Below, piece by piece: positions 1-12,996 of a DNA stretch of 64,000 nt. Position 1 is the first letter of the stretch. Each line of letters opens with the position of its first letter. Location: NCBI RefSeq assembly GCF_035490575.1, contig NZ_DATJLI010000153.1:419-64418 (forward strand), in the 5' to 3' direction. The notes beneath the pieces were generated by a model. It saw only the letters and a list, made by a program, of their open reading frames with translations. It made no database searches and was not told the origin of the DNA. The translations under genes were made by a program, and so were the position numbers. The DNA comes from Sphingomonas sp. (GTDB lineage: Bacteria > Pseudomonadota > Alphaproteobacteria > Sphingomonadales > Sphingomonadaceae).

Positions 1-2252
1 GGGCGTGCGCGCACGACATAGGGCAGCACCGCCGTCGACCCGCGCTGGTTCCGCAGCCAGTCGATGAAGATGCGCCCCTTGCGCTTCGCCTTGCTCATGT
101 TCGCGGTGAAGCGATCCGGCTCCGCCGTCGCCAGCGCGCGGGCGAAGCGATCGGCAAAGGATTTGACCTCCGGCCACTCGGCCTCGGCCCTCAGCGGCAC
201 GACGACATGCACGCCCTTGCCTCCCGACAGCATGGCAAAGCTGGTCAGGCCCATATCGGCCAGCACCGATTTCAGATGCTCGGCGGCCTTTTTCACATCG
301 CCGAAATCAAGTCCCTCATCGGGGTCGAGGTCGAAGACCAGGCGATCGGGCCGCTCGACGTCCGCCACCCGCGCGCCCCAGCCGTGAAACTCGATCGTGC
401 CCATCTGCACGCACGCCAGCATTCCGGCGGCGTCGGTGACGTAGAGATAGGGTTCGTGCCCTCCGTCCTTTTCGCGAATGTCGACCTGGTGGACCTGCTC
501 GCCGAAACTGCCCGCGTCGTGTTTCTGGAAGAAGCATTGCTTCGCCCGCCCCTGCGGACAGCGAACCAGACTGATCGGGCGGTCAGCCAGCCACGGCAGC
601 GCCAGCCCGGCGACCGCCGCGTAATAATCGGCCAACTGTCCCTTGGTGATGCCGTCGCCGGGAAAGATCACGCGCTCGCGGCTGGTGATGCGAGCCGCCG
701 GAGCATCGGCGACCGCCGCCGTCGGCTCCGGTCCCACGTCCTTCGCGGACTTGTCGTCGCGCAGCGCGATAAAGCTGGCGTGGCGCACCACCTGTTCGGC
801 AGTGAACTCGGCAAAGGCGATCTCGGCCACCAGCTTCGGCGTCACCCACTGCACCCCCCGCGCGGCGGCGCGCGGCACGTCGAGCGGCGCGGTCTTGCGC
901 GTCAGTCGTCCCAGCTTGGCCAGCAGCATGTCCTGCGTCGCGGCGTTGAACCCGGTGCCAACCTTGCCCGCGTAACGCAGCCGCCCGTCCTCGTTCAGCC
1001 CCAGCAGCAGCGACCGAAACCCCCGCCCCTTCGACGATGACGGCAGCCAGCCGACTACGACGAACTCCTGCCGCCGCACGCATTTGACCTTCAGCCAGGA
1101 CTTGCCACGCCCCGCGCGATAGGGGGCGTCGGCGCGTTTCGACACGATGCCCTCCAACCCCTCCGCACACATCGCATCGAACAGCTTCTCGCCCGCGCCC
1201 AGCACATGTTCGGCATATTGAATGCGCGCGTCCCCGGCGGGCAACAGCGCCTGCAACCGCTGCTTGCGCTCGACCAGCGGCAACGCGCGCAGATCGTCCC
1301 CGCCCGCCGCCAAAAGGTCGAACGCGAACAAGATCATCTCGCCGCCACCGTTCGAAATCGCGTCCTGAAGTGTCGAGAAATCGGGCTTGCCGTCCTTCAT
1401 CGCGACGATCTCGCCGTCGATCAGCGCGGGTGTGTCGATCGCAGCCATCGCAGCGGCAATGGCAGGAAACCTGTCGGTCCAGTCCAGCCCCGAGCGGGTA
1501 TAGACGCGCGGGCCATTGCCGCCGGTGGCGATCAGCGCGCGATAACCGTCATATTTCATCTCGTGCAGCCAGCCATTGCCCGGCGGCACCGCATCGGACA
1601 GCGTGGCGAGTTGCACATCCTGCGCCTTTGGCCGGACAGCCTTGCGCGACGCCGCCCTGGCGCGCGCCGGCTTCTTGCCGTCGGCGATTTCCTGCATCGT
1701 GCGGCCGGTGTCGATGCTGGTCAGCGCGGTTTCGACCAGTTCGTCGGCACCCCCGGCGTGCGCGTCGTCCAGCTTTCGCAGCAGCCAGTTCTCGCGCTTC
1801 TCCCGCCCGCGCGGTTTCAGCCGGATCAGCAACCACTCGCCCTTCATCCGGTCGCCATCCAGGACGAAGTGCAGATGCCCCTTGTCGATGTCGCTGGCCG
1901 ACTTGCCCTTGATCGGCGCCCACGTCCCCCGGTCCCACAGCATGACAGTGCCGCCGCCATATTCGTCCGCCGGGATGGTGCCCTCGAACGCGGCATAGGA
2001 CATCGGGTGATCCTCGGTCCGCACCGCCAGCCGTTTTTCGGCGGGGTCCAGGCTGGGCCCGCGTGTCACTGCCCAGCTTTTCAGCACGCCGTCCAGTTCG
2101 ATGCGGAAATCCCAGTGCAGGCGCGTCGCGTCATGTTTCTGCACGACGAACGCATTGCCATTGCCCGCCGCCAGCGTGCCCGCCGGTTCGGCGGTGCGCG
2201 CGAAATCGCGCTTGGCGTTATAGGTCGCAAGCGGATCGGAGCGGTTCGCCAC
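1..2252 (-). CDS. ligD: NHEJ DNA ligase D (phosphoesterase-ligase-polymerase order); runs off the left edge
   Basis: Hand translation from GTG 2252: MANRSDPLATYNAKRDF..QKHDATRLHWDFRIELDGVLKSWAV (PE domain), WLHEMKYDGYR (ligase KxDG), RPDRLVFDLDPDEG (polymerase). Directly downstream of ku. Absent from the ORF track because it is partial. Confidence 0.95.
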   Translation of the reverse strand, partial: MANRSDPLATYNAKRDFARTAEPAGTLAAGNGNAFVVQKHDATRLHWDFRIELDGVLKSWAVTRGPSLDPAEKRLAVRTEDHPMSYAAFEGTIPADEYGGGTVMLWDRGTWAPIKGKSASDIDKGHLHFVLDGDRMKGEWLLIRLKPRGREKRENWLLRKLDDAHAGGADELVETALTSIDTGRTMQEIADGKKPARARAASRKAVRPKAQDVQLATLSDAVPPGNGWLHEMKYDGYRALIATGGNGPRVYTRSGLDWTDRFPAIAAAMAAIDTPALIDGEIVAMKDGKPDFSTLQDAISNGGGEMILFAFDLLAAGGDDLRALPLVERKQRLQALLPAGDARIQYAEHVLGAGEKLFDAMCAEGLEGIVSKRADAPYRAGRGKSWLKVKCVRRQEFVVVGWLPSSSKGRGFRSLLLGLNEDGRLRYAGKVGTGFNAATQDMLLAKLGRLTRKTAPLDVPRAAARGVQWVTPKLVAEIAFAEFTAEQVVRHASFIALRDDKSAKDVGPEPTAAVADAPAARITSRERVIFPGDGITKGQLADYYAAVAGLALPWLADRPISLVRCPQGRAKQCFFQKHDAGSFGEQVHQVDIREKDGGHEPYLYVTDAAGMLACVQMGTIEFHGWGARVADVERPDRLVFDLDPDEGLDFGDVKKAAEHLKSVLADMGLTSFAMLSGGKGVHVVVPLRAEAEWPEVKSFADRFARALATAEPDRFTANMSKAKRKGRIFIDWLRNQRGSTAVLPYVVRAR

Positions 2253-2263
2253 GCGCCGCCCCG

Positions 2264-3157
2264 TCACGCGCGCTTGCGGGCGGGCGATTTGCGCGGCGCG
2301 GCGGGTTTCCTGGCCGCCGTCTTTTTCGCCGGTGCCTTGCGCTTGGTGCCGCCGGTCGTCTCGCCCGGTTTTTCCAGGCTTTTCTTGAGCGCCGCCATCA
2401 GGTCGACCACGTTCGATCCGCGCCGGGCGGGGGAATCGTCATCGGTATCCTCGACGATCTTGCCGCCCTTGGCCTTGGTCTTGCGCTCGATCAGCCCCTT
2501 GAGCGCATCGACATAGCGGTCGTGAAAGACGCTGGGGTCGAACTTGCCCGCCTTTTTCTCGATCAGCGTTTCGGCCAGGTCGAGCAGGTCGGCATCGGGC
2601 GCATCGTCGGGAATGTCGCGGAAGTATCCCTGCGCCTTGTGCACTTCGTCGGCATAGCGCAGCGTTTCCAGCACCATGCCGCGTCCGCACGGCTTCAGGC
2701 TGACGACATATTCGCGGCCGCGCAGCGCGAGTTGCCCCAGCCCGACCTTCTTGGTGCGCTTCAACGCCTCGCGCAGCACGATGAACGCTTCCTCCGCCAG
2801 ATCGTCGGCAGGGACCACGAAATAGGGCTTTTCATAATACAGCACGTCGATCTCGTGCGCGTCGACGAACTGGGTCAGTTCCAGCGTCTTTTTCGATTCG
2901 AGCTTCACCGCCTCGATCTCGTCCTGCTCGAGCAGCACATAACTGCCCTTCTCGATCTCGAAGCCCTTCATGATCTCGTCGGCGTCAACCGGGCCAACGC
3001 CGGGGACGACCTTTTCATATTTGATCGGCTTGCCGGTGGGTTCGTGGATCTGGCGAAAGCTGATCGAGGCGCCACTGCGCGTCGCCGAATAGATTTCGAC
3101 CGGGATCGAGACGAGGGCGAGGCGGATCTGCCCCTGCCAATATGCGCGCGCCGCCAT
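2264..3157 (-). CDS. ku: Ku protein (NHEJ)
   Basis: MAARAYWQGQIRLALVSIPV, YEKPYFVVP, basic Lys/Ala/Pro tail; second Met of ORF 2264..3163 taken as start. Confidence 0.95.
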   Translation of the reverse strand: MAARAYWQGQIRLALVSIPVEIYSATRSGASISFRQIHEPTGKPIKYEKVVPGVGPVDADEIMKGFEIEKGSYVLLEQDEIEAVKLESKKTLELTQFVDAHEIDVLYYEKPYFVVPADDLAEEAFIVLREALKRTKKVGLGQLALRGREYVVSLKPCGRGMVLETLRYADEVHKAQGYFRDIPDDAPDADLLDLAETLIEKKAGKFDPSVFHDRYVDALKGLIERKTKAKGGKIVEDTDDDSPARRGSNVVDLMAALKKSLEKPGETTGGTKRKAPAKKTAARKPAAPRKSPARKRA

Positions 3158-3189
3158 GCCCATGATCCCATTCGTTGCGAAACCGATTC

Positions 3190-3214
3190 AAAGCGCGAGC
3201 GAGGCTTGTGTTCC
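3190..3214 (-). promoter_or_regulatory. Candidate EcfG (general stress sigma) promoter for ku-ligD
   Basis: Minus strand GGAAC-N17-TTT, one mismatch to GGAAC-N16/17-(C)GTT, ~35 nt upstream of ku. Confidence 0.45.
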
Positions 3215-3265
3215 TCACCAGCATTCCTCGACAGCCAACGGCGACAGGCGTATGTCGCGGCGATC

Positions 3266-3847
3266 ATGGCCGACGATCCCTTTTCGCTGTTCGATGCCTG
3301 GTTCGCCGAAGCGCGGGCGAGCGAGCCGAACGATCCCAACGCGATGGCGCTGGCCACAGCCGATGCCGCCGGCCGCCCGTCGGTTCGCATGGTGTTGCTG
3401 AAAGGGCATGGCCCGGACGGCTTTGTTTTCTACACCAATCGCGAAAGCCGCAAGGCAGGCGAGCTGGCGGCCAACACGCACGTCGCCTTGCTGTTTCACT
3501 GGAAATCTCTGCGCCGTCAGATTCGCATCGAGGGGACTGTCGCGCCCGCGACTGACGCCGAATCCGACGCCTATTTCGCCAGCCGCAGCCGCGATTCACA
3601 GCTTGGCGCCTGGGCCAGCGACCAGTCGCGCCCGCTGGCCGACCGCGCGGCATTTGAAGCGCGGTTCGATGAGATGAAGGTCCGGTTCGACGGCGGCGAC
3701 GTGCCGCGCCCGCCGCACTGGGGCGGCTATCGCGTCACGCCGACCGCGATCGAGTTCTGGCAGGACCGCGCCCACCGGCTGCACGAACGCCGCCTGTTCA
3801 CCGCCACCGACGATGGCGGCTGGCGGGAGGGGATGCTGTTCCCGTGA
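3266..3847 (+). CDS. pdxH: Pyridoxamine 5'-phosphate oxidase
   Basis: EPNDPNAMALAT, RMVLLK, FYTNRESRK, EFWQDRAHRLHER; true start is internal to ORF 2063..3847. Confidence 0.95.
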   Translation: MADDPFSLFDAWFAEARASEPNDPNAMALATADAAGRPSVRMVLLKGHGPDGFVFYTNRESRKAGELAANTHVALLFHWKSLRRQIRIEGTVAPATDAESDAYFASRSRDSQLGAWASDQSRPLADRAAFEARFDEMKVRFDGGDVPRPPHWGGYRVTPTAIEFWQDRAHRLHERRLFTATDDGGWREGMLFP

Positions 3848-4797
3848 CCGAAACCGAACGTCGCCGGTCGATCCTGAACAACGTCACCGCGCGCGCCGCG
3901 ATGGCGAGCGTGGCGACCGCGCTGTTCCTGCTGGCGCTCAAGGGCTATGCCGCCTGGACGACCAGTTCGGTTGCGCTGCTGGGCAGCCTGGCCGATTCGG
4001 CGCTCGATGTGCTGGCATCAGTCGTCACGCTCTATGGCGTGCGGCTGGCGGCACAGCCCGCCGACCACGACCACCGTTTCGGCCATGGCAAGGCAGAGGC
4101 GCTGGCCGCGCTGTTCCAGGTCGCGCTGATTACCGCATCGGCGCTGGCGATCGGCTGGCGCGGCGTGACGGCGATGGGCAACGATGCGCCGATCACAGAC
4201 GCGGGGCTGGGCATCGCGGTGTCGGTCGTGGCGATTGTCGCGACGCTGCTGCTGGTCGCTTATCAGAAGCGGATTATCGCTGCGACCGGATCGGTCGCGG
4301 TCAAGGCTGACAGCCTCCATTATCAGGGCGACATCCTGCTCAACCTGTCGGTGATCGGCGCGCTGATCCTCGATCGCTATCTGGGACTTGCGGGCGCCGA
4401 TGCGCTGTTCGGTATCGCCATTGCCGCATGGCTGGGCTTTGGCGCGTTCAAGGCGTCGGCGCACGCCATCGACCAGTTGATGGACAAGGAATGGCCCGAG
4501 AACGAGCGCCAGCGATATATCGCCGTCGCGGTCGCCAATCCCGATGTGCGCGGCATCCATGATTTCCGCACGCGCCGGTCGGGCACGCGCGATTTCGCGC
4601 AGTTCCATATGAACGTCGACCGCAACCTGACCATTGTCGAGGCGCATGACGTGGTCGAAGCCGTCGAGATCGCGCTGCACCGGACCTTTCCCAAGGTGGA
4701 AGTGCTGATCCACCTCGATCCCGAAGGGCATATCGACACCGACGACCCCCTGGTCGAACAGGATGTCACCCCCCACTGGTTCCAGAAGCGCGCCTGA
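3844..4797 (+). CDS. fieF: Cation diffusion facilitator transporter (FieF-like)
   Basis: SLADSALD, PADHDHRFGHGKAEALA, DSLHYQGD; GTGA overlap with pdxH. Confidence 0.85.
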   Translation: MTETERRRSILNNVTARAAMASVATALFLLALKGYAAWTTSSVALLGSLADSALDVLASVVTLYGVRLAAQPADHDHRFGHGKAEALAALFQVALITASALAIGWRGVTAMGNDAPITDAGLGIAVSVVAIVATLLLVAYQKRIIAATGSVAVKADSLHYQGDILLNLSVIGALILDRYLGLAGADALFGIAIAAWLGFGAFKASAHAIDQLMDKEWPENERQRYIAVAVANPDVRGIHDFRTRRSGTRDFAQFHMNVDRNLTIVEAHDVVEAVEIALHRTFPKVEVLIHLDPEGHIDTDDPLVEQDVTPHWFQKRA

Positions 4798-5591
4798 TGA
4801 CAGAACTGACCTTTGCCCAGATCGATGCCTTTGCCGACCGTCCATTCGCGGGCAATCCGGCGGCGGTGATGCCGCTGGATGACTGGCTGGACGACCCGGT
4901 GCTGCAAGCCATTGCCGCAGAGAATAATCTGGCCGAAACCGCCTTTCTGGTGCGCGACGCGAACGGCGCGGCCGATTACGAACTGCGCTGGTTCACCCCC
5001 ACGGTCGAGATCGCGCTGTGCGGCCATGCCACGCTGGCCAGCGGCCATTGGCTGTTGTCGAACGATCCTGCACGCGACCGCGTAACCTTTTCGACGCGGC
5101 GCGCGGGCGAACTGAGCGTCGAGCGTGACGGCGCGGGCTATGCCATGGCGCTGCCCGCCTATCCGCCGTCGCCCGCCGACATGCCCGAACTGCTGACGGC
5201 ATTGGGCGTCGCGCGGGGCGAAGTGCTGCGCCATCCGGCGGGCTATGATCTGGTGGTGCTGGACCACGCCGACGCCGTGCGTGCGCTGCGTCCCGATTTC
5301 CGCGCGCTGGCGGCGATCGGCGACACGCTGAACATCGTCACCGCGCCCGGCACCGAGACCGATGTGGTCAGCCGCGTCTTCGCCCCCGCCGCCGGGATTG
5401 ACGAGGACCCGGTGACCGGATCGGCGCATTGCGTGCTGGCCCCTTACTGGGCCGCGCGCCTTGGCCAGTCGCGCTTCACCGCCTTTCAGGCCAGCACGCG
5501 CGGCGGCCATGTCGATTGCGAGGCGGCGGGCGACCGCACCATCCTGCGCGGACAATGCGTGACCGTGATCGAGGGGCGCTTCCGCCTTTAA
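4797..5591 (+). CDS. PhzF-family isomerase
   Basis: [49 protein letters not shown]. Confidence 0.9.
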   Translation: MTELTFAQIDAFADRPFAGNPAAVMPLDDWLDDPVLQAIAAENNLAETAFLVRDANGAADYELRWFTPTVEIALCGHATLASGHWLLSNDPARDRVTFSTRRAGELSVERDGAGYAMALPAYPPSPADMPELLTALGVARGEVLRHPAGYDLVVLDHADAVRALRPDFRALAAIGDTLNIVTAPGTETDVVSRVFAPAAGIDEDPVTGSAHCVLAPYWAARLGQSRFTAFQASTRGGHVDCEAAGDRTILRGQCVTVIEGRFRL

Positions 5592-6487
5592 CGCCGCACC
5601 AGTGTGCCGGCACCCCGCCGGGTAAAGATTTCCAGCAGCATCCCGTGCGGTATCCGCCCGTCGAGGATGACGGCGGCATCCACCCCCGCCTCCACCGCGG
5701 CGACACAGGTTTCGACCTTGGGGATCATGCCCCCCGAAATCGTGCCGTCGGCCTTCAGCTCGGCGATGCGCTGCGGATTCAGGTCGGTCTGAAGCTCACC
5801 CGACTTGTCGAGCACGCCCGGCACGTCGGTCAGCAGGAAAAAGCGCGACGCCCCCAGCGCCCCGGCGATCGCGCCCGCCATCGTGTCGGCATTGATGTTA
5901 TAGGTATGCCCGTCCGCGCCCAGCGCCACGGGGGCCACCACCGGGATGACATTCTGGCTGGCCAGCATGTTCAGGATCATCGGATCGACCGCGACCGGCT
6001 CTCCGACAAAGCCCAGATCGACATGCCGCTCGATCCCCGAATTGCGGTCGGGTTCGGTGCGGCTGACCTTCTCAGCGGTGACCAGCCGCGCGTCCTTGCC
6101 CGAAATGCCGATCGCACGACCGCCCGCGGCGTCGATCCAGCCAACGATTTCCTTGTTGATCTTGCCCGCCAGCACCATTTCGGCGACTTCCGCCGTCGCC
6201 GCGTCGGTAACGCGCAGCCCGCCGATAAACTGCGATTCGACGCCCAGCCGCTTGAGCATCGCGCCGATCTGCGGCCCGCCGCCATGGACAACGACCGGGT
6301 TGATGCCGACCGCTTTCAGCAGCACCACGTCCTCGGCGAAATCGCGCGCCAGCTCGGGGTCGCCCATCGCATGGCCGCCATATTTGATGACGAACGTCGC
6401 GCCCGCATAACGCTGGATATAGGGCAGCGCTTCGGTCAGGGTTTCGGCCTTGGCGAGCATCGCGGGGTCGGGGGCGTGATTGGTCAT
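5588..6487 (-). CDS. argB: Acetylglutamate kinase
   Basis: [34 protein letters not shown]; start at internal Met (MTNHAPDP). Confidence 0.95.
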   Translation of the reverse strand: MTNHAPDPAMLAKAETLTEALPYIQRYAGATFVIKYGGHAMGDPELARDFAEDVVLLKAVGINPVVVHGGGPQIGAMLKRLGVESQFIGGLRVTDAATAEVAEMVLAGKINKEIVGWIDAAGGRAIGISGKDARLVTAEKVSRTEPDRNSGIERHVDLGFVGEPVAVDPMILNMLASQNVIPVVAPVALGADGHTYNINADTMAGAIAGALGASRFFLLTDVPGVLDKSGELQTDLNPQRIAELKADGTISGGMIPKVETCVAAVEAGVDAAVILDGRIPHGMLLEIFTRRGAGTLVRR

Positions 6488-6492
6488 GGGGT

Positions 6493-7143
6493 TCAGGTCC
6501 TCGCAGCGGCGGGGGTGCCGTCCAAGCGGCGGCCCAGCCCGACGAACAGATAGATGAGCGGCGGCACCAGGATCAGCGACAGCGTGACCTTGGCCAGCAT
6601 CTGGCCCACGATCAGCTCGCCCACCGGGAACACGCCGTAAAAGGCGACGGTCACGAAAATCAGCGTGTCGAGGATCTGGCTCAGCACGCTGGCCACCCCG
6701 GCGCGCAGCCACAACATTTGCCCCTGCCCGCGTTTCAGCGCGTCGAACAGCGTCACGTTCAAAATCTGCGACAGGCCATAGGCCACGATGCCGCCCATCC
6801 AGATGCGCCAGGTGCTGCTCATCAACATGTTGAACGCGACGACCCGCTCCCCCTCCATGCTGGGCGCGGGCGGCAGTTGCACGACGATCCACGACAGCGC
6901 CATCGATGCCAGCAGCGGCACGAATCCCACCAGCACCAACCGGTTGGCGACCGCGCGGCCATGCAGTTCGGCCACCGCCGACGACACCACCACCAGCAGC
7001 AGGAAGGCAAAGATTCCCGCCTCCACAGCCAGCGGCCCCAATGCCACCTGCTTGTTGCCCAGCACCCCGGCGATACACACCATGCCGCCATAGAAAATGG
7101 CGAGCGCAAACAGCGAGCGGGATATCGGCGCGGGCGAGTCCAT
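6493..7143 (-). CDS. yhhQ: Queuosine-precursor transporter (YhhQ/VUT family)
   Basis: Hydrophobic; [38 protein letters not shown] pattern. Confidence 0.8.
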   Translation of the reverse strand: MDSPAPISRSLFALAIFYGGMVCIAGVLGNKQVALGPLAVEAGIFAFLLLVVVSSAVAELHGRAVANRLVLVGFVPLLASMALSWIVVQLPPAPSMEGERVVAFNMLMSSTWRIWMGGIVAYGLSQILNVTLFDALKRGQGQMLWLRAGVASVLSQILDTLIFVTVAFYGVFPVGELIVGQMLAKVTLSLILVPPLIYLFVGLGRRLDGTPAAART

Positions 7144-7303
7144 CGCGGGCGGTTAGCCGATGGCGCGCGCGGGGGGAAGTAGCAGAGGTGGGCCGGCCCG
7201 CCGCCGGGCGAACAAGCCACTGGCATCGCGTCCGATCCTGTGTCACGCGGGGCGTTGATCTGTGGCCGGGTTCAGCGGCCCGGCTGGAAAAGCGACCACG
7301 CTC

Positions 7304-8569
7304 TTGTTGACACGTTTCCTGATCGGCCTTTGCGGCATTGCCGTCATTCTGGCGATCGCCGTTCTTCTGTCCGACAATCGCCGCGCCATTCGCCTGCGCG
7401 TAGTGGGCGCGGCGTTCGCGTTGCAGGCGGGCATCGCTTTTCTCGTGCTTTATGTCCCTGCCGGCCGCTCGGCGATCCGCGGCATGGCGGCGGGCGTGTC
7501 GGCGCTGCTGGGCTATGCCAAGGCGGGCACCGACTTCATCTTTGGTCCGCTGGCGACGCCCGAGATGGGCGGGCAGAGCTTTGCCATCTCCGCCCTGCCG
7601 GTCATCATCTTCTTCGCCAGCCTGGTATCGGTCCTGTATCATCTGAAGGTCATGCAGTTCATCATCCGCTGGGTCGGCGGCGCGATCGAACGGGTGATCG
7701 GCGTGTCAAAGGTCGAATCGCTGTGCGCGGCCGCCAACATCTTTGTCGGGCAAAGCGAATCGCCGCTGGTCATCCGCCCCTATCTGGCCAGCCTGACGCC
7801 CAGCCAGTTGTTCACCGTGATGTCGGTCGGCATGGCGGGCGTCGCGGGCACCATCCTGGCGGCCTATGCCTCGTTCCTGGGGCCGGAATCGCTACCCTAT
7901 CTGCTGGCGGCCAGTTTCATGGCGGCGCCGGGCGGCATCCTGATGGCCAAGATCATCATGCCCGATACCGCCTCCGCACCCAGCGTGCGGCACGACCGGT
8001 TCGAGGAAGCCGCCGTGCTGGCGGTCGCCGAGCCGGACCCCGAGGACGAACGGGCCGCCAACCTCATCATGGCCGCGGCAATGGGCGCACAGACGGGCGT
8101 CAAGATCGCGGTGGCGGTGGGGGCAATGGTGCTGGCGTTCGTGGCGCTGGTGGCGATGGCCAACGGCCTGCTGGGCGTGGTCGGCGGCTGGTTCGGCTAT
8201 CCCGCGCTCAGCTTCCAGATGCTGATCGGGACCGTGTTTCAGCCGGTGATGTTCCTGCTCAACATCCCCTGGGACGAAGCGGGCATGGCAGGCGGGCTGT
8301 TCGGGACCAAGGTGGTGCTGAACGAATTCGTCGCCTTTATCGAACTGGGCCAGATCGGCGACCGGTTGAGCCAACGCACGATCGCCATCGTCACCTTTGC
8401 GCTGTGCGGCTTCGCCAATTTCAGCTCGATCGCGATTCAAATGGCCGCGACGGGCAGCCTGGCGCCCAGCCAGCGTCCGGTCATCGCCCGTCTGGGCGTG
8501 CGCGCACTGGTCGCCGGCAGCCTGGCCAACCTGATGTCGGCGGCGCTGGCGGGGCTGATCCTGCCCTGA
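7304..8569 (+). CDS. nupC: Concentrative nucleoside transporter (NupC/CNT)
   Basis: [33 protein letters not shown]. Start uncertain: in-frame TTG 7304 follows GGAAAAG; ORF track begins at 7262. Confidence 0.9.
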   Translation: MLTRFLIGLCGIAVILAIAVLLSDNRRAIRLRVVGAAFALQAGIAFLVLYVPAGRSAIRGMAAGVSALLGYAKAGTDFIFGPLATPEMGGQSFAISALPVIIFFASLVSVLYHLKVMQFIIRWVGGAIERVIGVSKVESLCAAANIFVGQSESPLVIRPYLASLTPSQLFTVMSVGMAGVAGTILAAYASFLGPESLPYLLAASFMAAPGGILMAKIIMPDTASAPSVRHDRFEEAAVLAVAEPDPEDERAANLIMAAAMGAQTGVKIAVAVGAMVLAFVALVAMANGLLGVVGGWFGYPALSFQMLIGTVFQPVMFLLNIPWDEAGMAGGLFGTKVVLNEFVAFIELGQIGDRLSQRTIAIVTFALCGFANFSSIAIQMAATGSLAPSQRPVIARLGVRALVAGSLANLMSAALAGLILP

Positions 8570-8576
8570 CCTGAAC

Positions 8577-8597
8577 ACCGCCCCGTTCCGGGGCGGT
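8577..8597. terminator. Hairpin between convergent nupC and clpB
   Basis: Perfect 9-bp stem ACCGCCCCG-ttc-CGGGGCGGT. Confidence 0.65.
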
Positions 8598-8603
8598 ATT
8601 GGT

Positions 8604-11183
<2,580 letters not shown>

Positions 11184-11225
11184 GACGTTCCTGCCGGCCC
11201 TTCGTCCCGTTCGTTGATGCTGCGG

Positions 11226-11253
11226 AGATAGTGTTGCAGATCAGCAACACAAG
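11226..11253 (-). promoter_or_regulatory. RpoH-like heat-shock promoter for clpB containing a 20-bp inverted repeat
   Basis: Minus strand CTTG-N18-CTATCT; spacer occupied by GTGTTGCAGATCAGCAACAC (11231-11250). Confidence 0.65.
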
Positions 11254-11268
11254 CCATGTCACACCCGG

Positions 11269-11300
11269 AAAAAAAAGGGCGCCCCGATCGGGACGCCCCT
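11269..11300 (-). terminator. Rho-independent terminator after the M28 peptidase
   Basis: GC stem GGGCG-CCCG-at-CGGG-CGCCC next to an A8 run (U8 on minus strand). Confidence 0.75.
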
Positions 11301-11306
11301 GCCTGC

Positions 11307-12929
11307 CTATTTCGCCGCGTCGGGCCGTTTCGCCTTTGGCGCGTCGGCGGCGTAGAGTTTGCCGAACTCGCTGTCTTCATACCAGACCGGCGCGGCGGGC
11401 GCGTCGGCCAGCGCGCGGGCAATGTTGTAATTCACGCGTGCGAACTTGGCGCCCGCTACCCAGTTGAACGGCAGGCTGACCTCATCGCTGGGCTTGTGAT
11501 AATGGTTCGCCAGGAAATCCTTGAACACCTTTTCCCCGCCATTGGCGAAACCGGTGACGAGGAACACTGACGGCACCCCTTCGGTGACGAAGCGATAATG
11601 GTCCGACCGGGTGAACAGGTTTTCCTCCGGCATCGGATCGGGCGACAGCTTGATGCCCATGTCGCCCGTCGCCTTGGCGACGATCGGCCCCATGGTCGAA
11701 TGTTCGGCGCCGAACGCCACGACATCGGTGAAGTCATACAGCAGCACCGGCATGTCGAGGTTGACGACGCTCGTCACCTTGGCGCCCGGCAGGGGATGCT
11801 TGGCGAGATATTGCGAGCCGAGCAGCCCGTCCTCCTCCGCCGTCACCGCCGCGAACAATATGGTGCGCTTGGGTTTCTCACCCGCCTGCATGAAGGCGCG
11901 CGCCGCCTCCATCATGGTCGCGACACCGGCGGCATTGTCCATCGCGCCGTTGAAGATCTTGTCGTCCCCCTTGGCATGATCGCCCATGCCGACATGGTCG
12001 AGATGCGCCATCAGCAGCACCGCCTCGTCCTTCAGCGCCGGATCGCTGCCGGGGATCATCGCCACCACATTGGGGCTTGTGAAACGCGCCGCTGCCGAGG
12101 TCGCGGCAAAGCCGATGCGCGGCTTCAGCGCAAAGCCGCCGACCGATACCCCCTTGTCCACCGCGGCCAGCACGGCCTTGTAATCCTGCGGCGCGCCCGC
12201 GAACAGCGCCTGCGCGGCAGGCCCGCGCGCCAGCCCCGACGCCTTGATGCCCGGCGCGTTGCGATAGGGCGCGCCGGTGTCGGTCGCCCAGCTCATATAC
12301 GGTTCGTCACCCTGTTCCTTGATGACTTCCCACGGAAACTGCTTGGCCATCGCACTGTCGAGCAGCGTGATGACGCCGACCGCGCCATGTTCCTCGGCAA
12401 TCTGCTGCTTGCGGTTGTTGATCGCGGCGGCAACGTCGCTCGGAATACCCTTGGGCACGCCATAGAACAGGACGACGGTCTTGCCCGTCACGTCAAGTCC
12501 CTTGTAATCGTCGATGCCGCGCGCTTCGTCCACGACGCCGCGCCCGACGAACACCAATTCGGTTTCCAGCGATTGCGCGCCGGTGCCATACATATTCGCC
12601 ATGACATCGCCGCCATGCGCGAACGATTTGCCGCCGATCGTCAGGCCGCGCCGCGCGGTCTTGTCCGTCGTCACCTTGACGAAGGGAACCTGCTGATACC
12701 AGTCGCTGCCATTGGCGGGCGTCAGGCCAAGCGCCGCAAAGCGTTTCGCGACATATTCCGCCGCCGCATCATAACCCGGCGTGCCCGCGTCACGGCCCTG
12801 CCGCGCGTCGTCCGCCAGCCAGGTGATATCGGCCTTTACCCGATCGGCTGAAAAATCAGGGGTCGACTGGGCCAGCGCCGTGCCGGCCATCAGCGCGATC
12901 AACAGGCCGGCAGCAAGGGTCTTGTGCAT
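11307..12929 (-). CDS. Secreted M28 metallopeptidase with PA-like insert
   Basis: Signal peptide MHKTLAAGLLIALMAGTALA; AHLDH, GAMDNAAG, AEEDGLLGS, RSDHY, YHKPSD. Confidence 0.9.
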   Translation of the reverse strand: MHKTLAAGLLIALMAGTALAQSTPDFSADRVKADITWLADDARQGRDAGTPGYDAAAEYVAKRFAALGLTPANGSDWYQQVPFVKVTTDKTARRGLTIGGKSFAHGGDVMANMYGTGAQSLETELVFVGRGVVDEARGIDDYKGLDVTGKTVVLFYGVPKGIPSDVAAAINNRKQQIAEEHGAVGVITLLDSAMAKQFPWEVIKEQGDEPYMSWATDTGAPYRNAPGIKASGLARGPAAQALFAGAPQDYKAVLAAVDKGVSVGGFALKPRIGFAATSAAARFTSPNVVAMIPGSDPALKDEAVLLMAHLDHVGMGDHAKGDDKIFNGAMDNAAGVATMMEAARAFMQAGEKPKRTILFAAVTAEEDGLLGSQYLAKHPLPGAKVTSVVNLDMPVLLYDFTDVVAFGAEHSTMGPIVAKATGDMGIKLSPDPMPEENLFTRSDHYRFVTEGVPSVFLVTGFANGGEKVFKDFLANHYHKPSDEVSLPFNWVAGAKFARVNYNIARALADAPAAPVWYEDSEFGKLYAADAPKAKRPDAAK

Positions 12930-12996
12930 CGGGTCGGAAATCCTCGAACGTTTCAGGCGATACGGTGTAGCAGCCAGGCAGCACACCGCAAGCGTA

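Noticed and set aside
2063-3265. N-terminal 400 aa of the 594-aa + strand ORF
   Set aside because: Antisense shadow of ku/ligD that happens to be in frame with pdxH; the real start is ATG 3266.
7144-7303. preQ1 riboswitch upstream of yhhQ
   Set aside because: No A-rich 3' tail or AGGTTC/GAGGTTC-type loop on the minus strand.
6488-7642. Extended 684-aa argB ORF
   Set aside because: The extension overlaps yhhQ and nupC in other frames and has no family motifs.
11231-11250. CIRCE/HrcA site at clpB
   Set aside because: Arm sequence and spacing do not match TTAGCACTC-N9-GAGTGCTAA.
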